Assembly (NCBI GenBank): GCA_964016885.1
Contig: OZ024741.1
Span: 61,442,001-61,506,000, forward strand
Length of the DNA: 64,000 bases
Direction of reading: 5' to 3'
DNA from: Eledone cirrhosa
Lineage: Eukaryota
Shown here one piece after another: positions 1 through 12,826 of this stretch (its first letter is position 1; each line of letters opens with the position of its first letter). The notes below the pieces were generated by a model. That model saw nothing but the letters and a program-made list of their open reading frames with translations, did no database searches and was not told the DNA's origin. Both the position numbers and the translations under genes were made by a program.

Positions 1-200
1 GTCTACCTCAATAGCCTGCTGCAGCTCTTGGTGAGGAAGGCAAGGTGTTATGAAAAGCTGATAACATTTGATGAAATATGGAACATGATGACTAGCTGCA
101 TGAAAGGCAAACTGCCTGATTTGGATGGTCTGGCCTATGAGCTTTATGCAAACATGCCAGATTTGTTCGATGACATCTTAGCAGACATTTATGTCAGAAA
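1..200 (+). pseudogene. L1/Tx1-clade LINE ORF2 remnant (region just before RT)
   Basis: ORF 28..246 GKLPDLDGLAYELYANMPDLFDDILADIY aligns with GKSPGLDGLPYELYVQMPDLLGGLLADVY in the Tx1 ORF2 at ~28420-28510. Confidence 0.8.
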
Positions 201-229
201 TTTCCTACACATGGTTAATTCCATTTGCC

Positions 230-1290
230 AATTATTAATCTCTTAATCAAATTCACTATATTGTCTGAAAGTTGTACCAGTTCTAAACTTTCTAAGATCC
301 AGGAATGGAGGACCATATCATAAGCACTTTTATAATCCATCCACACCATTCCCAAATTTATGTGTCACCTCTTACAATCTTTAAGTACTATTCTATCAAT
401 GAGATGCTGATCTCTGTTCCATGGCTTTTCTTTCTGTTTTCAACCTGTACCCTTGTACATCATCTGTTCCTGGATTTTTCCATTTGGGAATCCTGTTTGC
501 TTGCATTGTCACCATCTCAGTAGTTATTGCTACATTTTCTTGTTTTATTCCCTCATTATCAGGTCTTAATTCCTTCAACCACTCAGCTTCTTTATCATAG
601 CCTTTATTACTATCCCAGATGTTACAGAATATCTTACTCTTTTCAGCATCTCTTTTCTCATTGTTGTTTACTTTCAGCCCATCCAGCTAAACACCTTTTT
701 GATCCTGTTGGGAACATTTTGTTGATCTTATATTGATCTATCATCTGTTCATAACTCTTAATTCCGGTTGCTTTAGTCTGTAGTCTCTGTTTAAGTTCTT
801 ACAAAACTACATTTACACCCTTATTTTTAATCCTGTATTTATATTCAAGTACCTGGTATTTCTCCTTCCACCTAAGTTTGCCTCGTTACTTTTTGTCTAG
901 GATGCTGATATCTTACCTGATTTCCTTAATGGCCTGCTCTGCTCTCCTATTCCACCATGGTTCGTTTCCTTCATAGTTTCTTCATTGGTGTGTTTTGAGA
1001 GCTACTTTCCTCTCAATATAAAGGGTGCATACTTTGATTAGGTTCTTTATTGCTGTTATGTTGTCTGTCCTTATTTCAGATAACACTCCATTCACCTTTT
1101 CCATCCATTCCCTAAGCAGACTTCTATCAATTTTCTTAAACCCTTTGATATTCTTTCACATGACTATCCTCTTCACTTAATGTTTTTCCTATATCCACTA
1201 GATATTCCGTCTCATGTTTATTTTCCTGTTCATTACCATTCAATAAGATTTCTTCAGCATTTACAACAATAACCTCCTCAACATCTTCCA
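230..1290 (-). mobile_element. Decayed R4/Dong-type non-LTR retrotransposon, N-terminal/pre-RT part
   Basis: Minus-strand RIPKWKNPGTDDVQGYRLK resembles the (N)WKAPGxDx(V/I)xGYWLK pre-RT motif; many stops; adjacent (TTA/TAA)-rich tract. Confidence 0.6.
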
Positions 1291-2024
1291 CCACATTAGT
1301 ATTATTGTTATTATCATTGTAGTTAATACTGTTATTGTTATTTTTAATACTGGCACCGTTGTTGCTGTTATGATTACCATAGTAATAAAGCAACCACAGT
1401 GCCAATCAAACCCAGTAAAACTAGAACAATAATATTTGGTGACCAGAGACAGTAATGGTGACAAAGGAGCATGCATAAACTCAGAGAGAGAAATGATTAT
1501 AGTGATAATTAAAAGAGGCTGGATGTTTTATGCTAATGAACTCAGCAAAAACAGATAAAGCTGAAACTGAAATAGACCACATACGTTAGCTGTCAGCACT
1601 TGAATTAATCAACACATCCTAGAGTTTACTATATACACTAGTTAGAAAATAGACCATACCACACAAAAACTAAAGGAAGAAAAAAAAAATGGCAAGTCAA
1701 ATGTTCACTGGACTTTTGCAAACATAGAAGTGTTTGCTTTACAGCATATCAACTCCTCCACATAATTGTGTTAACATCTGATGATGCCACACTGGTACCA
1801 GTGGCTATTGTAATGATTACACAATGGCTGCACACTGGTGTCACTAAAATACACATTATGCAATAAATATGATTATGTGACATCTGTCTTAACGTTAATT
1901 CATATATATATATATGTTATAAATTATATATATATTGTGAACCTAATATAACTGTAATTTTTCTTCCTGTGTTTTGTTTTGTTTCATTTATTAACTATAT
2001 ACAAAGAGAGAACAAGAAGGAGAG

Positions 2025-2043
2025 AAGGAGAGAGAGGGAGAGA

Positions 2044-2127
<84 letters not shown>
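2025..2127. repeat. (GA)n microsatellite
   Basis: Direct reading. Confidence 0.98.
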
Positions 2128-2129
<2 letters not shown>

Positions 2130-2549
2130 TATATAGAGAGAGGTGAAAAGAGAAAGAAATGGAAAGGAGGTTAGTCTCCAGTGAATTTTCAAATCTACAG
2201 TTTCACTGAAAGAGAGAAGACAGAGTGTATGTGGTGAAGCTTCAAGAAAATGGTGGGATGGTTCTTGAGAAGAAATGGAAAATGAAATTGTTAAAACATT
2301 TAACAAAGAGAATCCAAGTAATTAAAAACATCTTTTCAAAATAGAAACTGACTGCAGGGGTTTACTGTTACTACATAGAATAGAGGTGTATAGCAATTAG
2401 GAAGTAGACAAGAAACTCTGGCAAACTTCATGACTTAAAGGAGTGGTTGCAATTGATAATTTAAAATAAAGTTACTACATAAAAGTTGAAATTTGTAAAT
2501 GATCGTTTTAAGTTAAATTTACGAGATTGGCTATTACACAGATGCTACT

Positions 2550-2650
2550 TCTGAAGGGCTTCTGTGCTTTTCATTTACCAAATTCCACTCACAAGGCATT
2601 GGCCAAACCAAGGCTGTAAAAGAAGACATTTGCCAAGGTTAGAAAGTGAA
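2550..2650 (-). mobile_element. CORE-type tRNA SINE fragment (same family as 15678..15815 and 4750..4845)
   Basis: Reverse complement carries ccttggcaaatgtcttc...gccttgtgagtggaatttggta...gcacagaagccc, matching the 15678 copy. Confidence 0.6.
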
Positions 2651-2654
2651 CTCC

Positions 2655-2880
2655 TTAACCCCTTAGCATTTAAACCGGCCATATCTGGCCAGAATCTCTC
2701 ACCCCTTTCTGTTTAAACCAGCTGTAACCGGCTGCTCATACAGACGTTAAGGTATTATTCTCAAAATAAATAATATCAAAATCTCATAGATTTGATATTA
2801 TGAGATAATTATGAGAGGTAAAGCCTATACCGTGAAAATACAATAGTAAATATAGAGTAATCTAAATGCTAAAGGGTTAA
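2655..2880. mobile_element. piggyBac-type MITE family 1
   Basis: TTAA-CCCCTTAGCATTTA...TAAATGCTAAAGGG-TTAA: TTAA target duplication with CCC/GGG termini; related copies at ~23010-23226 and ~55814-56033. Confidence 0.85.
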
Positions 2881-3289
2881 ACTCTTAAAGTTTACCTTCA
2901 TATCATGTTCTTAACTTCATTTTTAAGAGAGCTTTGTTTGGTTTCACAAAAGGGTTTTAACTGATATTTCAATCATTGTTGTTAGTTGTAGTGGACTCTG
3001 TTAAATGTATCTAAGGGTCAAACAGTATTAAACTGAGTCACAGATTAAGTCTATCACCTAAGTATGCCACCATGGGGATTTGAACTCAGTAGATAGAGGG
3101 TTAATCAATCATACAGCTATACCTGAGCTTATGTGGAAGCAAGACAAATAAATATTAAAGGCACACAACCAAAATTTTGCATTACTGCGTTATACAGTAA
3201 TACAAAAGACTTGCCTTCCCATGAGTACAGGCTGAAGCATATATTTAGTATGCTCTACCTTCACCTCCATCTTCCTTCCATACACCTCC

Positions 3290-3560
3290 CACGTCCTAAC
3301 ACTCCACTCTTCACATATGTCCCTATACCCACCTCCCCAATCCCCACACACCTACCCACCAAAGTCACCAGGCTACACAGTAGTGATCATGATGGCAACA
3401 CAACAAAAAGTACCCAGTCCACACTGTAAATGTGGTTGGTGTTAGGAAGGGCATACTGCCATAGAAATCAAGCCAAAATCAGCTCTGTATGAACTAGACA
3501 TGGTCATCTGACTTGGCTTACCTCACAACGGGACAACTCATCTAGCCCATGCTAGCATAT
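3290..3560 (+). mobile_element. RTE 3'UTR-derived remnant
   Basis: tggttggtgttaggaagggcat...cccatgctagcat shared with the RTE 3'UTRs at 11600-11750 and 45880-46020. Confidence 0.7.
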
Positions 3561-3799
3561 GCTTTGCTAGACTGAAGAGTCCTGTCCAACTTAAAAAGAA
3601 ATATGTTAAAAATCTTATAAATGCAAGTGAGTTCAATGTTTTAACAACAACTGACCATATTCTTCCACTGAAACTAAGTGGTTCTAGCAGAGATTACTGA
3701 GAGATAGTATAGAATTAACTGCCATCAAATATTAATCTTTACTATATTGACTTTACACGCGATCAAAGAATGCAGTTAATTATATAGCTATTTAATCAA

Positions 3800-4100
3800 T
3801 TTTTCCACATAAAAGAATCACTAGGCTTAATTCTTTTATTGTTTTACTGCTTTCAGTCATTAGACAGAGTGTGTGTGTGATGAGCCTCAGCACAATCTTT
3901 TGTTTAGCAAATTCATTCATAAACCCCAAGGTTACATATAATAGAAGGTGCCATGCAATGGTATCGAACCTAAGATTACATAGTTGCAAAATGAACTACT
4001 TAACTACAAGGAGAAATATATTCTTTTACTAGTTTTAGCCATTAGACTTCAGAAATGCTGGGGCACCGCAATAAGCGGATTTAGTCAATCTAGACCTTAT
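3800..4100 (-). mobile_element. Old tRNA-derived SINE fragments (two)
   Basis: ttttactg(c/t)ttcagtcattagac motif recurring at ~18200 (opposite strand) and ~53650. Confidence 0.5.
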
Positions 4101-4104
4101 TTTC

Positions 4105-4590
4105 TTCATCATCATCATCATTTCACGCCCAATTTTCCCTGCTTGCAAGGGTGGGATGGGTCCTATTCAGCACAGCATCTCTCAACTTGTCACAGTCCTT
4201 CGTCATCTCCTCAGTGAGTTTCGGCGATCTGAGGTCTGCTCTCACCACCTCCGCTACGTCGTCCCTTAAACTGGCATTTCTTGGCACTTCTTTACCCAGC
4301 GGTCATCCTCCATGCACATCACATGTCCATACCATCGCAGTCTTCTCTCCCACACACTACAACTTATCCCTCTTAAACACAGTTTCTCTCTCAACACATC
4401 CATGCTCGGTCGTTCACGCACATTGACATTGCACATCCAACGGAGCATGCTTGCCTCACTTCTCTCCAGCCGTCGCATATCCTTTGCAGTTGCTGTCCAT
4501 GTCTCACTACCATGCAGCATCGCGCATCTCTCACAGGCATCATATAACCAGCCTTTCGTACACAGGGAGAAACCCTTCTTCAACTAGGTA
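4105..4590 (-). mobile_element. 5'-truncated RTE LINE 3' end (subfamily C)
   Basis: ORF 4266..4583 [31 protein letters not shown] is homologous to the RTE C-terminus; ends in a (GAT)n tail. Confidence 0.9.
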
Positions 4591-4967
4591 TCGGAAGCTA
4601 TCAACCCCTTCTATAGTGGTTGATAGCTTCAAGCTTGGTATTTATTTTAAAGAACTCTTTTTGTCAAAATGCTAAATTACAGGACATAAATATTAACACA
4701 AAGACAAAAGTAAACACACACAAACGCACACACACACACACACACACACAATGGGCTTCTGCAGTTTCCATCTACAAATTCCACTGACAGTGCATTAGTC
4801 AACCCAGAGATATTGTAGAAAACACTGGCCCAAAGTGCCATACAGAAAGCGCCTCAAGAACACAGTATGTTTGTGCTTATATACATATATATATATATGT
4901 GTGTGTGTGTGGTTGATGGCTGAAAGAAAAGAGAACTCAATAACGAAGAAGAGTTTTATTATTTATT

Positions 4968-5080
4968 TTATTAAGGCTAAATAGTAAGTCATGATACTCT
5001 GGAGTTTTGCCAGAAAAAGATGACCCTGTGATAAACAGGCAAACTCCAGAGTAACACGACTCAATATTTAGCCTTAATAA
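4968..5080. repeat. Imperfect ~44-bp inverted repeat (foldback) abutting (TA)n
   Basis: TTATTAAGGCTAAATA..TACTCTGGAGTTTTGCC / GGCAAACTCCAGAGTA..TATTTAGCCTTAATAA. Confidence 0.85.
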
Positions 5081-6029
5081 TATATATATATATATATGTA
5101 TATACATAGACACACACATATATATATACACACACACAAAATGCGTGTGTGTATGTATAATGACATTCATCTATGCGAAATGGTAGGTGGGAGAATAACA
5201 TGTAGCCAATCCTAACAATGTATTTAATAAATTTTCATAATATAGATAATATTGTTAATGAGAAGGCAGCAGAATACCTGTGTATAAATAATAACAGAAT
5301 TGACAGGTAACTTAAAACAGGAAATTAGATAGGATGGATGAAGGTAGGGGTAGATTGGATGGAGATGGGGAAAAGAGAGATTTAAAAAGAAGGTTACAAA
5401 GAGGTAGACAACCAAACAGAGCAATAGACACACACAAACACACATATACACTGCAGGGGGAAATGAGACTGACCAAGAGAGAGAGAGAGATAAAGAGAAT
5501 GAGATAAACTGAGAGAGAGAGAGGCAAGAAACTAACAAAAGAAGAATACATTGCCACCCCACCAAAAGCCCACATACCAAAATGCCATGAATATAAACAA
5601 TACAGGAAATCACTTTATTACCATCACCATAATCATCATCATCATTATCATCATCATCATCACTATCACCACTATCAGTGCCACTGCCACCACCATCTCA
5701 AACTTGTATTTTCTAAAATGTAAGGTTGAATCTTTGCACTTCTAAATGATGATCAGTGGGATTTCTATTCATGCAGTATGTAAACAAATGCAAGCAATGT
5801 TGAATGTCAAGTGAAGAGCTAAACAAACATAAGGAAACACATGTAATTATATACACACATACTATTTGCAGGCTTGACACATAGAACAAGTGGGCCAGTA
5901 TTCAAAAAGAGCTCAGCAAGTACTGTGCAAATGATTGCCTGCATAGCATATTTGATTTGATATATCTTCAATGTAACAAATGTTGTAAAGGGCTAGGTTA
6001 ATAGACGAGCTTTCCTTACAGATTTTATT

Positions 6030-6295
6030 TATCAAACCCATGGGCTCTTCAGTTGGGACAATAACTGACAATCTCTCTATTATTGGTGCCACAAAAGTGC
6101 ACCCAGTACACTCTGTAAGGTGGTTGACAATAGGAAGGGCACCTCACTGTAGAAATTATACCAAAAGGGTTGAGAGGACCTTCAGTTGCATCAATGGTGT
6201 GACAACCTCTAGAGTGTTGGTGATCTACATGATAAACAAGCCCAGTGCATGCTGCATAGTGGTTGTTGATAGAAAGGGCACCCAGCCATAGAGAC
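6030..6295 (+). mobile_element. RTE-tail-derived modular non-autonomous element
   Basis: Module gggttgagaggacc..gacaacctctagtg..acccagt..gtggttg..ggaagggca, also at 6985-7540 and 48190-48560. Confidence 0.6.
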
Positions 6296-6384
6296 ATTCA
6301 CATGTGATGCTCATTTCATGATTGATCAGCTCAAGGTTTGATAAGTATTGATCGGGCCTGACTCTGAAATCAGACATGTGGGTT

Positions 6385-6950
6385 CCTTAATGAATTATTA
6401 TTTGAAATCAGAATATAAAGAGTTACGTCCCTTTATGCTGAAGTTAGCTTTGCCTTTCATCAAAATAGGGTCGATAAAATAAAGCACCAGTAATGTACTG
6501 GAGTCAATTTAATTGACTTTCCATTCCCCTAAAATTGCTGGCCTAGTGCCTAAATCAGAACCCATTTTTATTATTATCATTATTATTATTATTATTATTG
6601 GCAGTATCGGTAGAGGGTTCGACGCTATGCTTTGACGCATAGGGTTACGGCCCTTTCCATTCTGAGTTCAAATCCCGCCAATGTTAACTTTGCCTTTCAT
6701 CCTTATGGGGTCGATAAAATAAAGTACCAGTAATGCACTGGGGTAATTGCTGGCCTTGTGCCAAAAGTAGAAATTATTATTATTATTGGCTGAGTAGGTA
6801 GAGTGTTGACCAATATGCTAAGCAGCATTTAGTTATAGCCGTTCGTGTTCTGTGTTCAAATCCCACCGAGGTTAGCTTTGCCTTTCGGGGGTCGACAAAA
6901 TAAAGTACCAAGGATGCAATAGGGTCAATTTAATCACCCAACCCCAAAAC
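6385..6950 (+). mobile_element. Head-to-tail array of three (ATT)n-tailed tRNA SINEs
   Basis: Repeated tggcagtatcggtagag (A-box-like) ..gagttcaaatccc (B-box-like) ..tttgcctttcatcc..ggggtcgataaaataaagtaccag ..ggccttgtgcc..agaaa(att)n. Confidence 0.9.
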
Positions 6951-6984
6951 ATTGGCATATATACATACATACTTATACACATCT

Positions 6985-7540
6985 AGTGATAATGTCACGA
7001 AAATGTATACTTCATATGGGTGGCAGGAAGGGCACCTCATTGAAGAAACCATACCAAAAAGGGTTGAGAGGATCATTTAGCTATGTCAAAGGCACAACAA
7101 CCTCTCTACTGTCAGTGACCTACATGATAAACACACCCAGTATGTGCTGTAAAGTGGTTGGTGATAGGAAGGGCATCTAGCTGTAGAAAGCTTTCCAAAT
7201 AAAGGGCTGGAAGGACCTTTTAGTTGCGTCAAGGACATGACAACCTCCCTAGTGCAGGTATTTACAGAATAAAAGCAACCAGTACAAGTTGTAAAGTGGT
7301 TGGTGTTAGGAAGGGCTTCCAAACATAGAAAGCTTGTCAATCAAAAGGTCAGGAGGACCTTTCAGTTTGTGCCAAAAGACACGACAACATCTTTGCACTC
7401 AAAAATGATCATATATAAGCAGGGTACAGACATCCTCAGCCTGTCTGGGACATCGCTGGTGCCACTTCAGTACTGACTTGGTCTATGTAAACCCTTGCAA
7501 CCAGGGAAAGAGGACATTAAATTATGACGATGATGATGAT
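6985..7540 (+). mobile_element. RTE-tail-derived element with ~140-bp internal tandem units
   Basis: Three module copies, ending in cccttgcaaccagggaaagaggacattaaa..(gat)n. Confidence 0.65.
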
Positions 7541-7599
7541 ACATCCAGCCTGGCCTCAGCCTGTCGGCTGGAACATGTAGTTGAGTAGTAGAGCTATTT

Positions 7600-7658
<59 letters not shown>

Positions 7659-7693
7659 TATATACACACACACACACATACACACACACACAC

Positions 7694-7724
<31 letters not shown>

Positions 7725-7733
7725 TATACAGAT

Positions 7734-7804
<71 letters not shown>
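7600..7804. repeat. (CA)n/(TA)n microsatellite
   Basis: Direct reading. Confidence 0.97.
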
Positions 7805-7807
<3 letters not shown>

Positions 7808-10800
7808 CGAGGTACGAATCTTATTAATGGTCAGACCTCGTCGTCCCCTGCGAAATGTAATGTAAATGCCATTTTTCACTCCAGCCTATTGGTCCATTCA
7901 TTCATATATCCGTATCATCACCCAGAATCCAATCTTTTGCTCTCTCTCAATGCTATTCTATAATTCTGTCTGGTTGTTCTAAATAATCTTTTTGTATTTT
8001 AAAACCCCATTATTCGCTTATTATTACTGTTATATGCTTGTCCAATTATGCCCAAAATTCGAAGATTTCATTTAAATCCTCTCGCAAACTACCCCATACC
8101 CCTCCCACCCGCCCCCACTCTCCACCATTATTATTAGGACCAATCATAAGTCAGCAGCCTATGCTATCACTTCTGGTTGCTTGCCGATATGATGGATGGA
8201 CTATGGAATTCTGGAGAGTCTGAAAAATCTGGACACTCAGGTACAATGCCAAAGATAAAGACAAATTCACCTCATGCTGCCGGACGAAAAGACAAGGACT
8301 CCTCCTCTTTGTTTTGGCCGCGGATGGCCAACATAACCCCAACCCCATCCCCCTCACTCCTCCCCACGCCCCACCGTTCCCACCATCCAAACGCAATCCA
8401 AAACTTCAGAGTTGGTACCATGAATGTAGGCACCTTAAAAGGTCGCTCTAACGAGGTTGTAGAATTGCTTGAACGTAAGGCGGTTGATGTTTGCTGTATC
8501 CAAGAGACCAGGTGGAGGGGTGAGTCTGCTAGATTCATTGTGGGTAAAAAACGATGCTATACGCTTTTCTGGGAGGGGGGATGACAATGGGCTGGGTGGG
8601 GTAGGAATCATGTTAGCAGAAAAATGGGTAGATAAGATAATAGACCTAAATAGAGTGAACGACAGAATAATTAAAATAAGACTTGTCCTAAATAGAACTG
8701 CTGTGACAGTAATATCTGCGTATGCACCCCAATCCGGAATGCCTGGTGCTATAAAAGACAGATTCTATGAGACATTGATGCTCACTACCTCCCAAATAAC
8801 CGACAGTGACTACATAATTATTGCTGGTGACCTAAATGGTCATGTTGGACAACATTGTGACGGCTATGATGGAATCCATTGAGGCTATGGGTTAGGTACT
8901 AAAAATTCTGTGATGCAAATAACCTAACTATCTATAACACTAACTTCAAAAAACAAGACAATCACTTGATCACCTATAGATCAGGAGAACACGCCAGTCA
9001 GATAGATTATATCCTTACCAGAAGACGTGATAGAGTGTCTGTTGTAAACACTAAATCCCTCCCCCATGAAGAATACACCTCCCAACATAGACGCATAGTC
9101 AGGACAAGACGTACTCGACAACAGAGGAGGACTATTCTCAGGAGAAAAATATGGAAGCTAAAGGACCCCACAGCCAGTAATAAATTTAAAAGCATATTAC
9201 ATGATGCTTTCGACAGTAAGGAAGAGCAATTAGAGTCGTACAATATAGAGGAACAGTGAGAATTCCTGAAATTTAACTTGTTGAAGGTGGCAGATGAAGT
9301 CTGTGGCTGTAGCAGGCCTATAGGCAGGGGAAGAGTAACGTGGTGGTGGAACAGTAAGATGGAGGAGTCAATTAAGGCCAAAAAGCAGACTTGGAAAGTA
9401 TGGCGGGATGGGGGAAGTAGAGAAGACTATCAAGTGGCCAGGAGAGAATCTAGGAGACAAGTGTGCTTCGCAAGAAGGGAAGCAGACGAAAGAAAGTTCA
9501 AGCATGTTCTACAACGCGAGGAGCAAAAAACGTGAGGTGTTCAGGATTGTCAAGGAAAACCGTGATATTGTCGGGGAGAAGTGTGTCCTTAATGATAATG
9601 GTGTACTTGCCATCACTGACACTGATAAGAAGGTAGCTTGGAAGTGTCACTACGAAAGGCTACTAAATGAGGAGAATAAATGGAAGAAAGACAGCCTCCC
9701 CCACATCGATCCAATAGAGGGACCAGCAGTGCTAGTTGAAGGTAGTATAATAAGTAAGGCAATTAAAGATATGAAGACGGGTAAGGCGGCTGGGCCTTCG
9801 GAAATAGTTGCTGAAATGCTGAAAGCATCTGGAACAGTGGGACACACTATGGTCACCCGGATAGTAAACCAAGTCATACAGAATGGGGCCGTTCCGAAGG
9901 ACTGGCGTAGCAGCATCATCATTAACTGCTACAAGGGTAAAGGAGATGCCCTAGATAAGGGTAACTATAGAGGCATTAAATTAATCGACCAGAACATGAA
10001 GGTCACGGAAAAAGTAATAGCGCAACTAATCAGAGAGCGAATTGATCTAGATGAAATGCAGTTCGGGTTTGTGTCAGGTAAAAGTACCACAGACACTCTT
10101 TTCATTGTACGACAACTACAGGAGAAGTACCTAGCTAAAAGTAAACCCCTACACTTAGCTTTTATCGACTTGGAGAAAGCCTTTGACAGAGTCCCCCGTT
10201 CCATTATCTGGTGGGCTCTTAGAAAACTAGGTGTTGATGAACGGCTTGTGAGAGCTATACAAGCCATGTATAAAGAAACAGTCAGCAAGGTAGAATTAAC
10301 AACGAATATAGTGAAGAATTTAGCGTAAAAGTTGGTGTTCATCAGGGCTCCGTTCTTAGCCCCCTACTATTTATTATTGCCCTTCAGGCTATAACAGAGG
10401 AGTTCAAGACCGGCTGCCCATGGGAAGTCCTATACGCAGATGATCTAACGCTCATAGCTGAATCAATGGCTGAACTAGTGAAGAAATTCCAAACATGGAA
10501 GCATGGCCTAGAATCTAAAAGCCTTAAAATTAACCTGTCTAAGACTAAAGTTCTAGTTTGTAGGAAGGAAAATAGGGCACCGGTCCCATCCGGAAGATGG
10601 CCATGCTCAGTGTGTAGGAAAGGAGTAGGCAGAAACTCCATTTTATGTCCCAAATGCAAAGTATGGGTGCATAAAAGATGTAGTGGGATCACAGGTAAGC
10701 TAACTAAGAATATAGATTTTATATGTGGCCGGTGCTCTGGTGCAATAAGTAGCAGCAACCGCGCACTTAATATTAGCTCATTCCAATAGTGGACACCTTC

Positions 10801-11758
10801 CGTTACTTGGGTGACAAAATCAGCAGTGGTGGAGGGTGCTCTGAAAGTACCGTAGCTAGAGTCAGAACTGGATGGAAAAAGTTCCGAGAGCTTATACCAC
10901 TATTAGCCGCTAAAGGGTTCTCTCTAAAAATGAAAGGCAGGCTGTATGATGCCTGCATACGAACAGCAATGTTACAAGGCAGTGAGACCTGGGCATTGTG
11001 TGCAGAGGATATACACAGACTGGAGAGGAACGAAGCTTGCATGCTCCGCTGGATGTGTAATAGTAATATACTTGAACGGCAAAGCATAAACGAACTAAGG
11101 GAAAAATTAGAAATAAGAGGGATCAAATGTTGTTTACTCGAGAGAAGACTACGTTAGTACGGTCACGTGATGCGCATGAAAGACGACAGCTGTATAAAAA
11201 AGTGCAGGGCGATAAAAATAGACGGTAGCCACGGAGTAGGCAGACCCAGAAAAACCTGGGACGACCTGATAAATTCCGACCTCACACATTTACACCTCTC
11301 CAAGACAATGTCACAGGACCGAGATTTTTCGCGCTACACAGTAATACAGAAGACCCGCCTTACCTAAGTACAAAGTGAAACCTACTACAGTCAGTAGGCA
11401 CCTCTAACAAAAATACACCCCATCCCACTACCCCCACCCCATCCACACCACCCCTTTCAATGTAAAGTTATGTTGGTTCCACAACATCCAGTCCGAAACA
11501 AATGAGGTCATGTAGGTGTCACGACAAAAAAACACACAGTCCACGCTGTAATGTTGCCGTGTAGGTAACACGGTAAAAACCTCCCAGTCCACACTGTAAA
11601 CGTGGTTGGTGTTAGGAAGGGCATCCAGCCGTAGAAAACCCGCCAGACAGTCCTATGCGAGCAAGACAATCACTCTTGCCTCAAGTGGGAAAATTCCCGT
11701 CCAAACCCATGCAAGCGTGGAAGATGGACGTTAAACGATGATGATGATGATGATGATG
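7805..11758 (+). mobile_element. Near-full-length decayed RTE LINE (subfamily A)
   Basis: Frameshifted fragments cover APE endonuclease (GTMNVGTL, CCIQETRW, GDLNGHVG), RT (FIDLEKAFD, YADD), PHD-like finger and C-terminus; 3'UTR ends in (GAT)n; (TA)n on both sides. Confidence 0.95.
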
Positions 11759-11826
11759 AGATAGATTATATATATATATATATATAATCATCATCATCAT
11801 CATCTTCTTCGTTTAACATATATATA

Positions 11827-12680
11827 TCATCATCATCATCATCATCGTTTAACGTCCGTTTTCCACGCTAGCATGGGTTAGACGGGAGTTGTCCCACTTG
11901 AGGCAAGGCTGGTCGGGTGACCGTGTCTCACTCATATAGGACTATCTGGCAGGTTTTCTATGGCTGGATGCCCTTCCTAACACCAACCACATTTACAGTG
12001 TGGAACTGGGAACTTTTTACCGTGTTACCTACACGGCCACATTACAGCGTGGACTGTGTGTGTTTTTTTTGTCGTGAGACCTACACGAACTCGATCTCAT
12101 TTTCTCGTGCTGTTGGTGGGAGTGAGAGGATAGGGTAGGGGTAGTAGTTTGGGGTGTATATTTGGTTAAGAGATGTCTACTGACTGTTGGTTTTGCTTTG
12201 TGCATAGACAAGGCGGGTCTTCTGTATTACTGCGTAGTGCCAAAGGTCTCGGTCCAGAGACATTGTCTTAGAGAGATGTAAGTGTGTGAGGTCGGAATTA
12301 ATCAGATCATCCCAGGTTTTTCTGGGTCTACCTACTCCGTAACTACCACCAATTTTGATCGCCCTGCCCTTTTTTATGCAGCTGTCGTCTTTCATGCGCA
12401 TCACGTGACCATACCAACGTAGTCTATTCTCAAGTAAACAGCATCTGATCCCTCTTATTCCTAATTTCTCACTTAGTTCATTTATGCTTTGCCGTTCACG
12501 TATATTACTATTACACATCCAACGGAGCATGTATGCTTCGTTCCTTTCCAGTCTATGCAGGTCCTCTGCACGTAATGCCCATGTCTCACTGCTATGTAGC
12601 ATTGCTGTTCGTATGCAGGCATCATACAATCTGCCTTTCATTTTTAGAGAGAAACCTTTTGTGGCCAACAGTGGTATAAG

Positions 12681-12685
<5 letters not shown>
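11827..12685 (-). mobile_element. 5'-truncated RTE subfamily A copy, tail-to-tail with the previous copy
   Basis: ORF 12177..12668 closely matches 10789..11367; (GAT)n tail; (TA)n flanks. Confidence 0.95.
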
Positions 12686-12730
<45 letters not shown>

Positions 12731-12773
12731 CTATATATTTATATATATATCTATATATATATCTATATATATA

Positions 12774-12826
<53 letters not shown>

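Noticed and set aside
1778-1860. CTGATGA followed by hairpins (possible hammerhead)
   Set aside because: No GAAA/NUH arm or closing stem I could be placed.
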